From NCBI GenBank assembly GCA_963666365.2, contig CAXXNF010000002.1, forward strand, positions 1,984,001 through 2,048,000: DNA of 64,000 nucleotides, given 5' to 3'. Under the pieces are notes generated by a model. That model was not told the DNA's origin, searched no databases, and was given only the letters and a program-made list of their open reading frames with translations. Positions 19,495 to 29,167 of the stretch are shown one piece after another (the stretch's first letter is position 1; each line of letters starts with the position of its first letter). The stretch comes from Syntrophales bacterium (GTDB lineage: Bacteria > Desulfobacterota > Syntrophia > Syntrophales > UBA2210). Made by a program: the position numbers and the translations under genes.

Positions 19495-22482
19495 TCAGAA
19501 ATGGAATGCATCCCTGAAGATGAGGTATGCCAGCACTAACCCAAAAAGCGTAGCGGCGATTCCCATAATGCCGGCAAGCAGGCGAGTCCTCACGCTGGGC
19601 GCCCTGCGTATCAGCGTTTCCAGGCGATTTTCCGCAATGATCCGCTCGTACTCTTCCGGTCGTTCCTCCTTGAGCGCTGCCACACTATACCGTCCGGTAA
19701 AAATATTCGATTCCATGGGGAATTTGTTCGGCACCAGATGATTATGAAAGTAGTGGACCGTGAAAATGAAGACGGCCGCCAGGAACGCTTCCTCTGAGTG
19801 GGCAACCGTGGCCACGTTGATCATCCACCCTGGCAGGATGTAGGAGAACAACTCCGGGAACCAGAGGATAAGACCCGACATACCGATCACGAACATTCCC
19901 CAGAAAACGGCGAAGAAGTCGAACTTCTCCCAGTAGGTCCAGCGCTCGAAGCGAGGCATCTCCCCCCTGTTGAAGAACCATCGGAACATCCCCTTGAGAT
20001 CAAGCCAGTCCTTCAGGTTAAAGAAAAGTGATTCCGGCCCGAAGAGACGTCCCAGCCATCCGCGGACCCTTCCGTTCGGGAAGAGGAACTTCACGCTTCT
20101 CCAGCATGTGTATATAAAGAGCACCCACAACACAGTGGCGGCTGCGCGGTGCCAGAATCCGGCCATCTCAACCCCGCCCAGCATATTGATGAAGAATTTC
20201 GCCGTTACCGTTTCATGGTATTTAAGCGGGAAGCCAGTAATGACAAGCATAAAAAATGAGATCATCAGGAGAAAATGCATGATGCGATCTCGCCAGGAAA
20301 AACGCTGCACATAGGTAGTCATATCCCCTGAACAGGGCTCTTCCCATTCCATCAAGTGCACACCTCTGCCCGTCCATTTCTTCCAATAGGCCTTCCTCCA
20401 CCAGAGGATAGTATGCACCCAGAAAAAGGCAAACACAAAAATAAGAAGTCCGATCATGAATATATTGGTCCAGAACAATGCAGGATTGTGTTCGGGATCG
20501 CTGTAATCCGGATGAGCTTCATACTTGACGAACCGTGCATGAAATCCACTGTGGCATTGTGCGCAGTCCTTCATAAGATCGCTTTCGTGCACAGTTGATC
20601 GAGGATCCGATGAAGGCAGGATATTGTGGCCGTTATGGCAATCGGCACACCCGGCTACCCGCTCGGCAGTTCCCACGTCAAAAACCTTGCCATGAAATGT
20701 TTCGTGATACAAATCGGCCGCCGAAATTGACATGTTGTTGCGCTTTACCAGTTCCTCATCGCCGTGACAGCTGATGCACGCGACTGTGTATGCCTCCTTT
20801 TCCTGCGCGCGGCCTTCCTTGGTTCCCCTGTCATAAAACGGCGTGTCATGAAGCCCGTGACAATCGGCACAGGAAGCCGCATCCTCATTCCCCTTGAGAA
20901 CGGCGTTACCGTGTCCGTTGCGCACATAGCGGTCCTTTTCGTGACAAGCGGTACAGCGGTTGATTACCGCAGTCTTTGTTCCCCCGTCTTCCTTTTTCCG
21001 AACGTGCGCATCGCTATGACAATCAAGACAGGTTTTCCCCGCCTTGAGGGCGTGCATGTCGTTTTCATATTGCAAGGCGATATCCTTATGGCAGCTCGCA
21101 CAGGCGGTAAGACCCGGCTTCTTCTCCTTTTTCATGTGAGCCGCCACGTCATCTATCCCGGTGTGGCAGGTTGTGCAGGCAAGGATGCCGTGGACCGACT
21201 GTGCGAACCTATCGACGTATTGCGCATCGTTGTGACAGGTAGCGCATTGTATGAGGGCTTCCGCGGTTTTCTTTTCCGCCGGTACCGTCTCCCCGCCCTT
21301 CATCTCTTTTGCCATCGCCGGCTTTGCCGCCGCCTCCGTCTTTGCCGGCTTTACCATCGGCGACGGGATGACGAAATCGAACTCGTGGCACTGGTGACAA
21401 AAGTTCTCCGACGGCTTGTGGGCGTGATGGCAGAGATCGCAGTCCAGCTCGGGGCCGTAATGGGAGTTATGCGGATTGGCCTCTTTGACGTCCTTTGTCG
21501 CCTCAACGAGATCTTCGGGCTTATGACAGGTAAGGCAGTGACTCGTGCCCACGAACTTCGGGGGATCGGTCTCGCCGTGACACCCGGCGCAGGAGACCCC
21601 GCCTAAGAGGTGGCTGTGGCTCAGGGGGAGCACGCTGGTCAGCTTCGGATCGTCTTCCTTATGGCAGGCCATGCACTGGGCGAGATCCATCCCCTTCGTG
21701 TCGGGGTGCGTCCCGGGAATCATGGCCTCCTTGTGACAGGCGGCACAGTCTCCACCCCTCGCTGCTGCTGAGGGCGCCGTCTCGGGAGCGGGTGCGATTG
21801 CGGCAATCGTCTTTTCCTCAGAGGCCTTTTCCTGACCGACCGTTACAGCCGCCGGCGCAGTCTTCTTCGATTCTTCACCCTTCGAGGGCTCTTTCGCCGC
21901 AGGCGCCTCTTTCTTCGCGGGCGCTACCATCGGCGACGGGATGACGAAATCGAACTCGTGGCACTGGTGACAAAAGTTCTCCGACGGCTTGTGGGCGTGA
22001 TGGCAGAGATCGCAGTCCAGCTCGGGGCCGTAATGGGAGTTATGCGGATTGGCCTCTTTGACGTCCTTTGTCGCCTCAACGAGATCTTCGGGCTTATGAC
22101 AGGTAAGGCAGTGACTCGTGCCCACGAACTTCGGGGGATCGGTCTCGCCGTGACACCCGGCGCAGGAGACCCCGCCTAAGAGGTGGCTGTGGCTCAGGGG
22201 GAGCACGCTGGTCAGCTTCGGATCGTCTTCCTTATGGCAGGCCATGCACTGGCCGAGATCCATTCCCTTCGTGTCGGGATGCGCCTCGGGCACCATGGTA
22301 TTCCCCTCATGGCACAGTGCACATTCCCCGCCTTTTGCAGTCGGCACTGCTTCGGGTTCCGCCGAGAGTGCAGTCTTTGAATCGGCGCTGCAGAAAATGA
22401 AAAAAAGACACGCAACGAGGAAAGGGATGATGCTTCTGCGGCTCCGGATTGGAAACTCACGCATATGTGGGTTTGGCTTCAT
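19495..22482 (-). CDS. 21-heme cytochrome c fused to a cytochrome b membrane domain (two hexaheme modules plus CbcL-like 9-heme/cyt b part)
   Basis: Signal-like N-terminus, 21 CxxCH counted (6+6+9), Pro/Ala/Lys/Glu linkers, C-terminal TM helices with RIMH, FWHR, WEKFDFFAVFWG, AHSEEA. Confidence 0.9.
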   Translation of the reverse strand: MKPNPHMREFPIRSRRSIIPFLVACLFFIFCSADSKTALSAEPEAVPTAKGGECALCHEGNTMVPEAHPDTKGMDLGQCMACHKEDDPKLTSVLPLSHSHLLGGVSCAGCHGETDPPKFVGTSHCLTCHKPEDLVEATKDVKEANPHNSHYGPELDCDLCHHAHKPSENFCHQCHEFDFVIPSPMVAPAKKEAPAAKEPSKGEESKKTAPAAVTVGQEKASEEKTIAAIAPAPETAPSAAARGGDCAACHKEAMIPGTHPDTKGMDLAQCMACHKEDDPKLTSVLPLSHSHLLGGVSCAGCHGETDPPKFVGTSHCLTCHKPEDLVEATKDVKEANPHNSHYGPELDCDLCHHAHKPSENFCHQCHEFDFVIPSPMVKPAKTEAAAKPAMAKEMKGGETVPAEKKTAEALIQCATCHNDAQYVDRFAQSVHGILACTTCHTGIDDVAAHMKKEKKPGLTACASCHKDIALQYENDMHALKAGKTCLDCHSDAHVRKKEDGGTKTAVINRCTACHEKDRYVRNGHGNAVLKGNEDAASCADCHGLHDTPFYDRGTKEGRAQEKEAYTVACISCHGDEELVKRNNMSISAADLYHETFHGKVFDVGTAERVAGCADCHNGHNILPSSDPRSTVHESDLMKDCAQCHSGFHARFVKYEAHPDYSDPEHNPALFWTNIFMIGLLIFVFAFFWVHTILWWRKAYWKKWTGRGVHLMEWEEPCSGDMTTYVQRFSWRDRIMHFLLMISFFMLVITGFPLKYHETVTAKFFINMLGGVEMAGFWHRAAATVLWVLFIYTCWRSVKFLFPNGRVRGWLGRLFGPESLFFNLKDWLDLKGMFRWFFNRGEMPRFERWTYWEKFDFFAVFWGMFVIGMSGLILWFPELFSYILPGWMINVATVAHSEEAFLAAVFIFTVHYFHNHLVPNKFPMESNIFTGRYSVAALKEERPEEYERIIAENRLETLIRRAPSVRTRLLAGIMGIAATLFGLVLAYLIFRDAFHF
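21352..22252. repeat. 328-bp direct repeat (21352-21679 and 21925-22252), 573-bp period
   Basis: Copies read identical by eye; similarity continues about 30 bp further with mismatches. Confidence 0.92.
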
Positions 22483-22626
22483 ACTTCCCCCTGATCGGAT
22501 TCGGCAGTGCAACTCGCGATACTACCCATATTAAAAACCTACCGGCTGCCGCCGCGTGGTGGCATATGTCCCTCTCCACCCCGCGACGGCTTCGGTTAAC
22601 CACACAATCAGTTGCTCTTCCCGCCG

Positions 22627-24159
22627 TTATACTTTCGCGGCGGCACTCTGGCCGGCAATGCGTCCGAAGACGATGCAATCGAGCACGGCGCAGCTTCCCA
22701 GACGCACGGCGCCGTGGACACCGCCGGTAATCTCACCGGCCGCGTAAAGTCCCGGGATGGGTTTACGATCAAGCCCGATAACCTGCGCCTTCGTATTTAT
22801 CTGAATGCCGCCCATGGTATGATGCACCTTGGGCCAGGCGCGACATCCATAGAACGGAGGCGTTACCATCGGTTTCTGGTCGGTCTGCAGATATCGGCCG
22901 AATTCCTCATCCTTGCCCTGTTTCACATACTTGTTCCACTTGTTTATCGTTTCCTTGACTGTGTCCACCGGAATCTTATATTCGGCGGCCAAGGCCTCGA
23001 TGGTGTCGAACTTCTTCGCCACGCCCTTTGCCAGGATCTTGTCGAGGATGGGAACCCGTTTGACCCCTTCACTGTCTGCAATGGTAATGGCCGGATGTCC
23101 CGTCCTGATAATGGCATCGGCACGGATCTTTCGGTCTGCCAATTCATTGATGAAGCGCTTCCCCGTTTGCGGATCCACCATGACACCATAGACAAAACCG
23201 GCTATGGCGTTGAAGACATAGCCGATGCCCATGCCTTTCTCGTCGGGACTGGTCCAGGGACCGAGCTGTATCCAGGAAATCTGCACGGGCGTCGCGCCTG
23301 ACCTGAGCGCATCCATGAGCACCTCTCCCGTTGCCCCGGGCTGATTGGTGGAATCCACATCGGCCGTCAGCTTCGGATCCTGGATCGTTCTGAAATAGAG
23401 ATCCCTGCCGAAACCGCCAGAGGCGAGCACGAGCCCCTTGTTGGCCTTCAGATATTTTACCGTGCCGGTGCTCTCATCGGGGAAGCGGTAGCCTTCTCTG
23501 ATCTTCAGGCCGGCAACCTTCCCGTCCTTATCCTGGATGATGGACATGACATAGGCCTGCATCCTCACCTCGACACCAAGGCCCTTTACCTTCTCCAGCT
23601 CCTTCATTACGATGGCCGATCCGCTGCTGTTGTAGGTCGAATAGCTGCGGGGGACCGAATGGCCGCCCAGATGGGTTACCCGGTCCTTGTACTTGACGCC
23701 CAGCATCTCCGTCCATTCCGCTGCTTCCCGCGACTTTTCCGCAATCATCCTGGCCAGATCCACATGATTGAGGTAGAGCCCGGCCTTCAACATATCCTTC
23801 AGCAGCAGTTCCGGCGAATCCTTGATCCCTTCCGCCTCCTGCTTCGGTGATCCCGCCACGGCAAAGACGCCGCCGTTGATGATGGAGTTCCCTCCGGGAA
23901 CACGCATTTTCTCAAGAACCACGGTCGAAGCGCCCGCCTGCTTCGCCTCGATGGCCGCAGCCAGACCGGCGAACCCGCTGCCGACCACCACCACATCGAA
24001 CTCCTCGTCCCATTTGGCGGGCATGTCGGCGCCATAGGCCTTAAGAGGACCGGCAAGCAGGGAACCGGCTGCCACACCGGCCAGCGCGGCGCCACCTGTG
24101 GTCTTCATGAACCCTCTTCGCGTCAAACCCTCAGCTACATTGTTTTTTTCATCTTTCAT
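22627..24159 (-). CDS. Tat-exported flavocytochrome c flavin subunit (fumarate reductase superfamily), copy 2
   Basis: TRRGFMK, VVGSGFAG, GGNSIINGG, IQLGPW, VHHTMGG, GAVRLGSCA; no CxxCH; RBS AAGGAG before ATG 24159. Confidence 0.92.
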   Translation of the reverse strand: MKDEKNNVAEGLTRRGFMKTTGGAALAGVAAGSLLAGPLKAYGADMPAKWDEEFDVVVVGSGFAGLAAAIEAKQAGASTVVLEKMRVPGGNSIINGGVFAVAGSPKQEAEGIKDSPELLLKDMLKAGLYLNHVDLARMIAEKSREAAEWTEMLGVKYKDRVTHLGGHSVPRSYSTYNSSGSAIVMKELEKVKGLGVEVRMQAYVMSIIQDKDGKVAGLKIREGYRFPDESTGTVKYLKANKGLVLASGGFGRDLYFRTIQDPKLTADVDSTNQPGATGEVLMDALRSGATPVQISWIQLGPWTSPDEKGMGIGYVFNAIAGFVYGVMVDPQTGKRFINELADRKIRADAIIRTGHPAITIADSEGVKRVPILDKILAKGVAKKFDTIEALAAEYKIPVDTVKETINKWNKYVKQGKDEEFGRYLQTDQKPMVTPPFYGCRAWPKVHHTMGGIQINTKAQVIGLDRKPIPGLYAAGEITGGVHGAVRLGSCAVLDCIVFGRIAGQSAAAKV

Positions 24160-24198
24160 ACCCAATCTCCTTTGTTTCTATAGTGAACACTTGTATTG

Positions 24199-24226
24199 AT
24201 TGTAAAACAATACCAATGCAAGTCAA
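24199..24226 (-). promoter_or_regulatory. Putative internal sigma70 promoter
   Basis: TTGACT-N16-TACAAT about 40 nt upstream of the start codon. Confidence 0.5.
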
Positions 24227-24456
24227 GGGCGCAGAGCCGAGTATTTTCCCTACTTTAGACGCTGAAAAGACTATTTTTTCACACTCCAAATACTGATAGG
24301 TCCTCTCCATGTGCAGCGATGCCCGCTCATCAGTGCATAGGCAGGGGCAATTCAGGCCCACACTATGCAGGGCCAATGCGATGTGCGGCAAAAAATAATC
24401 CTTTTCCGCCGCATTCCGCATCCTCATTTCAACCCAAGTCCTGTGGCGCGGCTTTT

Positions 24457-26007
24457 TTACAGGGCAGCCGCATTCTTGCCCGCAATACGTCCGAAGACCA
24501 GACAATCCACCACGGCACAACTGCCGAGGCGCACCGCTCCGTGAACGCCGCCGGCCACTTCGCCGGCCGCATAAAGCCCCTTGATCGGAGCACCGTCCAC
24601 ATCGATCACCTCTGCCTTGTCATTGATCTGCACACCGCCCATGGTATGGTGCACCTTCGGCCAGAGTCTGACGGCATAAAAGGGAGAAGTCGCAATCGGT
24701 TTGGCGTCGGGCTGGAGGAATCGTCCGAATTCCTTGTCCATTCCCGTCTTCAGATATGAGTTGTAGTCGTCGACGGTCTTTTTGACAGCCGCAAAGGGTA
24801 TTTCATAGGCCGCGGCCAGTGCCTCGAGGGTATCAAATTTTTTGACGACGCCACGCTCCAGGAGTTTTTTCACTGCACCGGGAGGACCTCCGCACTTTTT
24901 CGATCCCTCTTCGTCGGAGATACCGATCGCCGCATGACCGGTTCTGATGATGGCGTCGGCCCGAATTTTGCGATTTGCAAGCTCACTGATGAAGCGCTTT
25001 CCCGTTGCGGGATCCACCATGACACCGTAGCTGAAAACCGGACCCGTTGCGAAATGGGGCGCCAGCCCGAAGCCCTTTTCGTCAGGACTTGCCCAGGGAC
25101 CGAGCTGAATCCAGGAGGGCTGCACGGGATTCGCGCCAAGCCTGAAAAGCTCCTTGAGCCCTTCGGCGGTGGCGCCCGGCTGATTCGTGGAATTGACCTT
25201 GGCTATGAGCTTTGGATCCTGCGTCATTCTGTAGTGCACGTCCTGAGAAAATCCGCCCGTTGCCATCACAAGACCCTTCTTTGTGCGGATCGTCTTGACA
25301 GCGCCGCTCTTTTCATCGGGAAAGCGATACCCTTCCCGTATCTGGATACCGGCAATACGCCCATCCTTGTCTCTGAATATTCTTTCCAGATAGGCCTGCG
25401 TAACGATGGGCACACCCAGCTCCTTTAGTTTGGCCGCTTCCTTCATGACAATGCCCGAACCGCTGTAGTTCGAAGTGGGGCAGCTTCTAGCCACGGCATG
25501 ACCCCCCATATGGAGAAGCTGCGCCGCTTTTCCGAATTTGACGTCAAGATGCTCCTTGCACCAATTGTATGCGTCCCTGGATTGATAGGCCACCATTTTT
25601 GCCAGCTCGGGGTAGTTCAAGTACAGTCCGGCCTTCATCATGTCTTCCAGCATCAGCTCCGGAGAATCCTTAATCCCTCTCTCATCCTGCATATCGGATC
25701 CGGCCACGGCCATGACGCCACCGTTAATAATTGAATTGCCTCCATTCACGCGCATTTTCTCATAGACCGCAACCGACGCGCCCGCCTCCTTGGCCTCGAT
25801 TGCCGCGGCAAGCCCTGCAAAACCGCTGCCGATGACGGCCACATCGATTTCCTCGTCCCATTTCTGGGGCATCTCGGCGCTGAACGCCTTTGACGGACCG
25901 GCCAGCAATCCACCGGCGGCAACGCCGCCAAGGGCGACAGTGCCCGTTGTTTTGAGGAACCCTCTACGGGTCAAACCCTCATTTTTTGGTAATGTATCTT
26001 TCGCCAT
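24457..26007 (-). CDS. Tat-exported flavocytochrome c flavin subunit, copy 1
   Basis: TRRGFLK, IGSGFAG, IQLGPWASPDEKG, VHHTMGG, GAVRLGSCA; paralog of the neighbour. Confidence 0.92.
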   Translation of the reverse strand: MAKDTLPKNEGLTRRGFLKTTGTVALGGVAAGGLLAGPSKAFSAEMPQKWDEEIDVAVIGSGFAGLAAAIEAKEAGASVAVYEKMRVNGGNSIINGGVMAVAGSDMQDERGIKDSPELMLEDMMKAGLYLNYPELAKMVAYQSRDAYNWCKEHLDVKFGKAAQLLHMGGHAVARSCPTSNYSGSGIVMKEAAKLKELGVPIVTQAYLERIFRDKDGRIAGIQIREGYRFPDEKSGAVKTIRTKKGLVMATGGFSQDVHYRMTQDPKLIAKVNSTNQPGATAEGLKELFRLGANPVQPSWIQLGPWASPDEKGFGLAPHFATGPVFSYGVMVDPATGKRFISELANRKIRADAIIRTGHAAIGISDEEGSKKCGGPPGAVKKLLERGVVKKFDTLEALAAAYEIPFAAVKKTVDDYNSYLKTGMDKEFGRFLQPDAKPIATSPFYAVRLWPKVHHTMGGVQINDKAEVIDVDGAPIKGLYAAGEVAGGVHGAVRLGSCAVVDCLVFGRIAGKNAAAL

Positions 26008-26139
26008 ATTAAACCTCCTTGTTAAGGTAATAATGAAATGTAATCGGCGCCACTAAACCCTGAGGACTTCGTCGCGCACTATTGAAGCACCCCGAGAGCA
26101 TAATTCGGGATTCTTTTACCTTTGTGAGAGAACTTTTCC

Positions 26140-26157
26140 TTATGAAAGCATTCACAA
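26140..26157. promoter_or_regulatory. Rex-like operator
   Basis: TTATGAA-AGCA-TTCACAA, one mismatch from TTGTGAA-N4-TTCACAA. Confidence 0.55.
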
Positions 26158-26245
26158 ACTTTCATTTTTCTCAGACTACTTTTGGTGCAATTTGTAAGAA
26201 CTCTGAATCGAAAATATCAGAGCGCATAGTAGAGGACAGACCGGA

Positions 26246-26380
26246 AATGAATTACCCCGCCGCAAGCTACGGGGGAATTAGCCCACAGGAAATAAATCAC
26301 ATTGGGGTTTTTACTCCTCGCCCCTTGGGACATTCAATGCTTTTAAAGATACCCCGCTGCTTGCGGCGGGGCAATTCATT
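26246..26380. mobile_element. 135-bp non-autonomous element (MITE/REPIN-like) with hairpin-bearing inverted ends
   Basis: 30-bp terminal inverted repeats (26/30 match), each containing CCCCGCCGCAAGC(TA/AG)CGGGG; no transposase. Confidence 0.65.
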
Positions 26381-26520
26381 ATCAAAACGGTTTATTATGA
26401 TAAAAACTATCTTTCAAGTCAAGCATTTTCCTTTGACTTTTAGTCTGCTGTGTGTTGCTTCGATTACATTATGAGGGAAATTGTGGGAAATAACACCAGT
26501 GAAACGCTCAGGCTTTACCT

Positions 26521-27144
26521 TTAATGCCCTTCCTTATTGTCGTACCCAGTAATCATGGCGCTGAAATTTGCAACAACTGTGTGGCCGGTGGTGGCAAGGT
26601 AGATGTGCGCTATAAAAAACAAGCAGAAAATAGCTGCCATAATATAGTGGAACACCGCCACGGTCGCTAATCCACCGACAGACGCCACCAGGGGCTCGAA
26701 AAAGGAGGGATAGAGGTATATGATACCGCTGATCAACAGGAGCGGCATCATGATGAACATAAACATAAAATACGTTGCTTTCTGCAACGGATTAAACTTG
26801 TTGTCTTCCGACGGATTATAGGGATGGGGCCTGTTTTTGAAAATATCATACAGATAAAATCGCGCCTGCACGATCATGCCCGGATGAATATCTTCTTTTC
26901 TCATCACATAATGCGAAATCCTCTTTGAAATCAAATTATAAGCCAACCAGAAAACAAAATCGGCAACGAGCACCCATCCCAACCAGTTATGCAGTGAAAG
27001 CGCATTTGAAAAGCTTCCAAAAATATTAACGCTGTCCGGCCAGTGCATCTGGATACCTGTTAAAATAAGCAATAATATTAAAAGTGCATGAATCCAATGC
27101 CATATGCGCTCGGCGATCGGATGCAGATATATTTTCTCTGACAT
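26521..27144 (-). CDS. Cytochrome b membrane subunit (PhsC/FdnI-like)
   Basis: ERIWHW, LHNW, KFNPLQK, FHY, AHIYLATTG. Confidence 0.9.
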   Translation of the reverse strand: MSEKIYLHPIAERIWHWIHALLILLLILTGIQMHWPDSVNIFGSFSNALSLHNWLGWVLVADFVFWLAYNLISKRISHYVMRKEDIHPGMIVQARFYLYDIFKNRPHPYNPSEDNKFNPLQKATYFMFMFIMMPLLLISGIIYLYPSFFEPLVASVGGLATVAVFHYIMAAIFCLFFIAHIYLATTGHTVVANFSAMITGYDNKEGH

Positions 27145-27148
27145 GTTC

Positions 27149-28912
27149 TTATTTTCTCCTCTTGCCGGTAAATCTCAATGCTCCGTGCACTGCACATCCC
27201 ACAAGCGTAAGAAGCGCCAGCAAAATTACAACGACGTCGAGAGCCGGAATTCTATTGCTGCCCACCACATAATTCCCTTTTTCAATAAGCCCGGCGTTGG
27301 TAAATTTCCAATTGGCCAGCGAATAATCCGGTTTTCCTTCAGCCTCTTTCAAGAGAATCGTGTTGTATGTATGACAAAGCTGACAATCGTCAACGGGAGC
27401 TGCCATTGAAGGATCGTGACATACGAGACAATCGGTTTTTTTCAGGTGAAGCTTCGGCTGTTCCAGCCAGTTATGCCGCACGGATGGAGCGGGCTTTAAC
27501 GTAACGAACACATCTTTGTTTGCATCGATTTCCCACGATTCGGCAGCATCCTTTTCCGTCAGAAACAGTTCATCCTTTCCGTGACAGGAAAGGCACGTTT
27601 CGTTTTGTGGGGTCTTCAGTTGAATGCTATGCGGCGTTGCATATTTCCATGTTTGCACTTTGCCCACTTCAGTCAGGGCGTCCTTCACGTAAAAATCAAA
27701 GAGATCCGGACTTACGGGAATATGTCGAACCGTCACATATTGCTCAGGCCGGTCTTCGCTCATTTTCGGATTCATTCCGATTTTGAAGCCCACCTTTGAC
27801 GGCTTTGTTTTAAAATAGGGAGCACCTGATGCGTCTTTACCCACATGACAACTATAACAGTGTTTATAAGGCATCGCGTGACATACTTGACAACTCACCT
27901 TGTCTTTGTGAATCATATGGCTCGGATGTACACGCTCTTTCGCTTCACTTTCGTCTTGCGCCGCTTCATCTTCAGAACCTGCCAATTTATGACACTTTTC
28001 GCACCTTGACCCGTCTGCAACGTCATATCTGTCAAAGGTCTCATGGCTCATGCCGTTTCCGTGCATTTCATCACCGGAATGGCAATCCATACATGACATA
28101 CATTTATCAATACGGTGCACATCACCCTGCACACCCTTATTCTGGCCGTAGAATTCCTTGCCTACCCTGCTTCCGTGACAGGAGGTGCAATTTGTTTCAA
28201 CAGGAGGAGTTTTCTGAAAAATGTGGCCTTCTACGAATCCGCCTTCGACGGAATTGGGACGGCTTACGTGACATTGACCGCAACTGCTGTGACACTTCAT
28301 ACAGTGCGTTTCCATGGCGCAGTCTATTTTTTCACGTACCGATGGATCCGCATTTGCCCTTAGATAAATTTTGTTTTTAAACGGGGCAAGCGTTACATGC
28401 AGATTTGTTTTGTTTTTTTCTGCAATTTCCGGATGTCCCTCTTCATCGTCTACGAAGTGGCACTCGCCGCACTTCTGCACAGGATCGGGATAGGAAGGAT
28501 CTCTCATCAGACCTTCATGTGCCGTCTCATAATCATCGCTTTCAGGATCGCCACCATGGCACTGTTCACAGGATATCTGCCCATGGACATCATCGTCGAT
28601 GAAATCAGAGTCAACCAGCACTTTTTCGTATGGCTCCAACTGAGCCACAGCTCCGCCTCACCCTTCGCCTTCCGATTCAGCGGACTTTTTCTGCTGAGGA
28701 TTTTTCGCTGCAATCTCTTTTGTAATTCTTACCAGCTCTTTCACACTTGTATGGCATGAGACGCAGCCGCTTTCCTCGGCACTAACCATCTGCCCCGCAC
28801 CAAGAAAAACAACAACAAAGATGGCAGCAACAATAACAAAAAGTTCTGACGTGTACCGCGCACACATTATTTTGTGTGCAGAAACCCCTCTGTAAACAAT
28901 GCGTTCTTTCAT
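27149..28912 (-). CDS. Predicted selenocysteine-containing 13-heme cytochrome c, 587 aa (joins track ORFs 28658..28912 and 27149..28648)
   Basis: TGA 28658-28660 is in frame with the downstream ORF (SEGEG-U-GGAVAQLEPYEK); upstream part gives the signal-like hydrophobic segment and 1 CxxCH, downstream part 12 CxxCH and a C-terminal TM; SECIS-like hairpin follows. Confidence 0.85.
28629..28649 (-). promoter_or_regulatory. SECIS-like hairpin of the multiheme cytochrome
   Basis: UGUGGCUC-AGUUG-GAGCCAUA; loop 16 nt after UGA, G at loop position 2. Confidence 0.75.
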
Positions 28913-29167
28913 AACGCCCTAACACATATCAAAAACCGCTGTACGGGTAAAGGTTTTTTTACTCACAGTTACTTGAAAAAGACAGACCTCCCAAATTTCG
29001 GCTTCCAATCCTGGAATCTAGTGCCTGCCCATCGAAGGTTCCTGCATGAAAGCAAGGCCTATGCATAACTCCTGTATTTTGTACCCGCTGTGATTTTACT
29101 TTTTTTAAAAAACATGTTATGGATTGCAGGTAGTGAAAGAAATCTTATTTTTGGAGGTAAAGCTATT

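Noticed and set aside
21352..22252. Repeat as a CRISPR array or mobile element
   Set aside because: Two in-frame coding copies with no spacers or cas genes.
22627..26007. Annotation as fumarate reductase
   Set aside because: The fumarate-binding His motif is replaced by IQLGPW.
26082..26474. 130-aa ORF
   Set aside because: Spans a regulatory region and the MITE-like element; no RBS or motifs.
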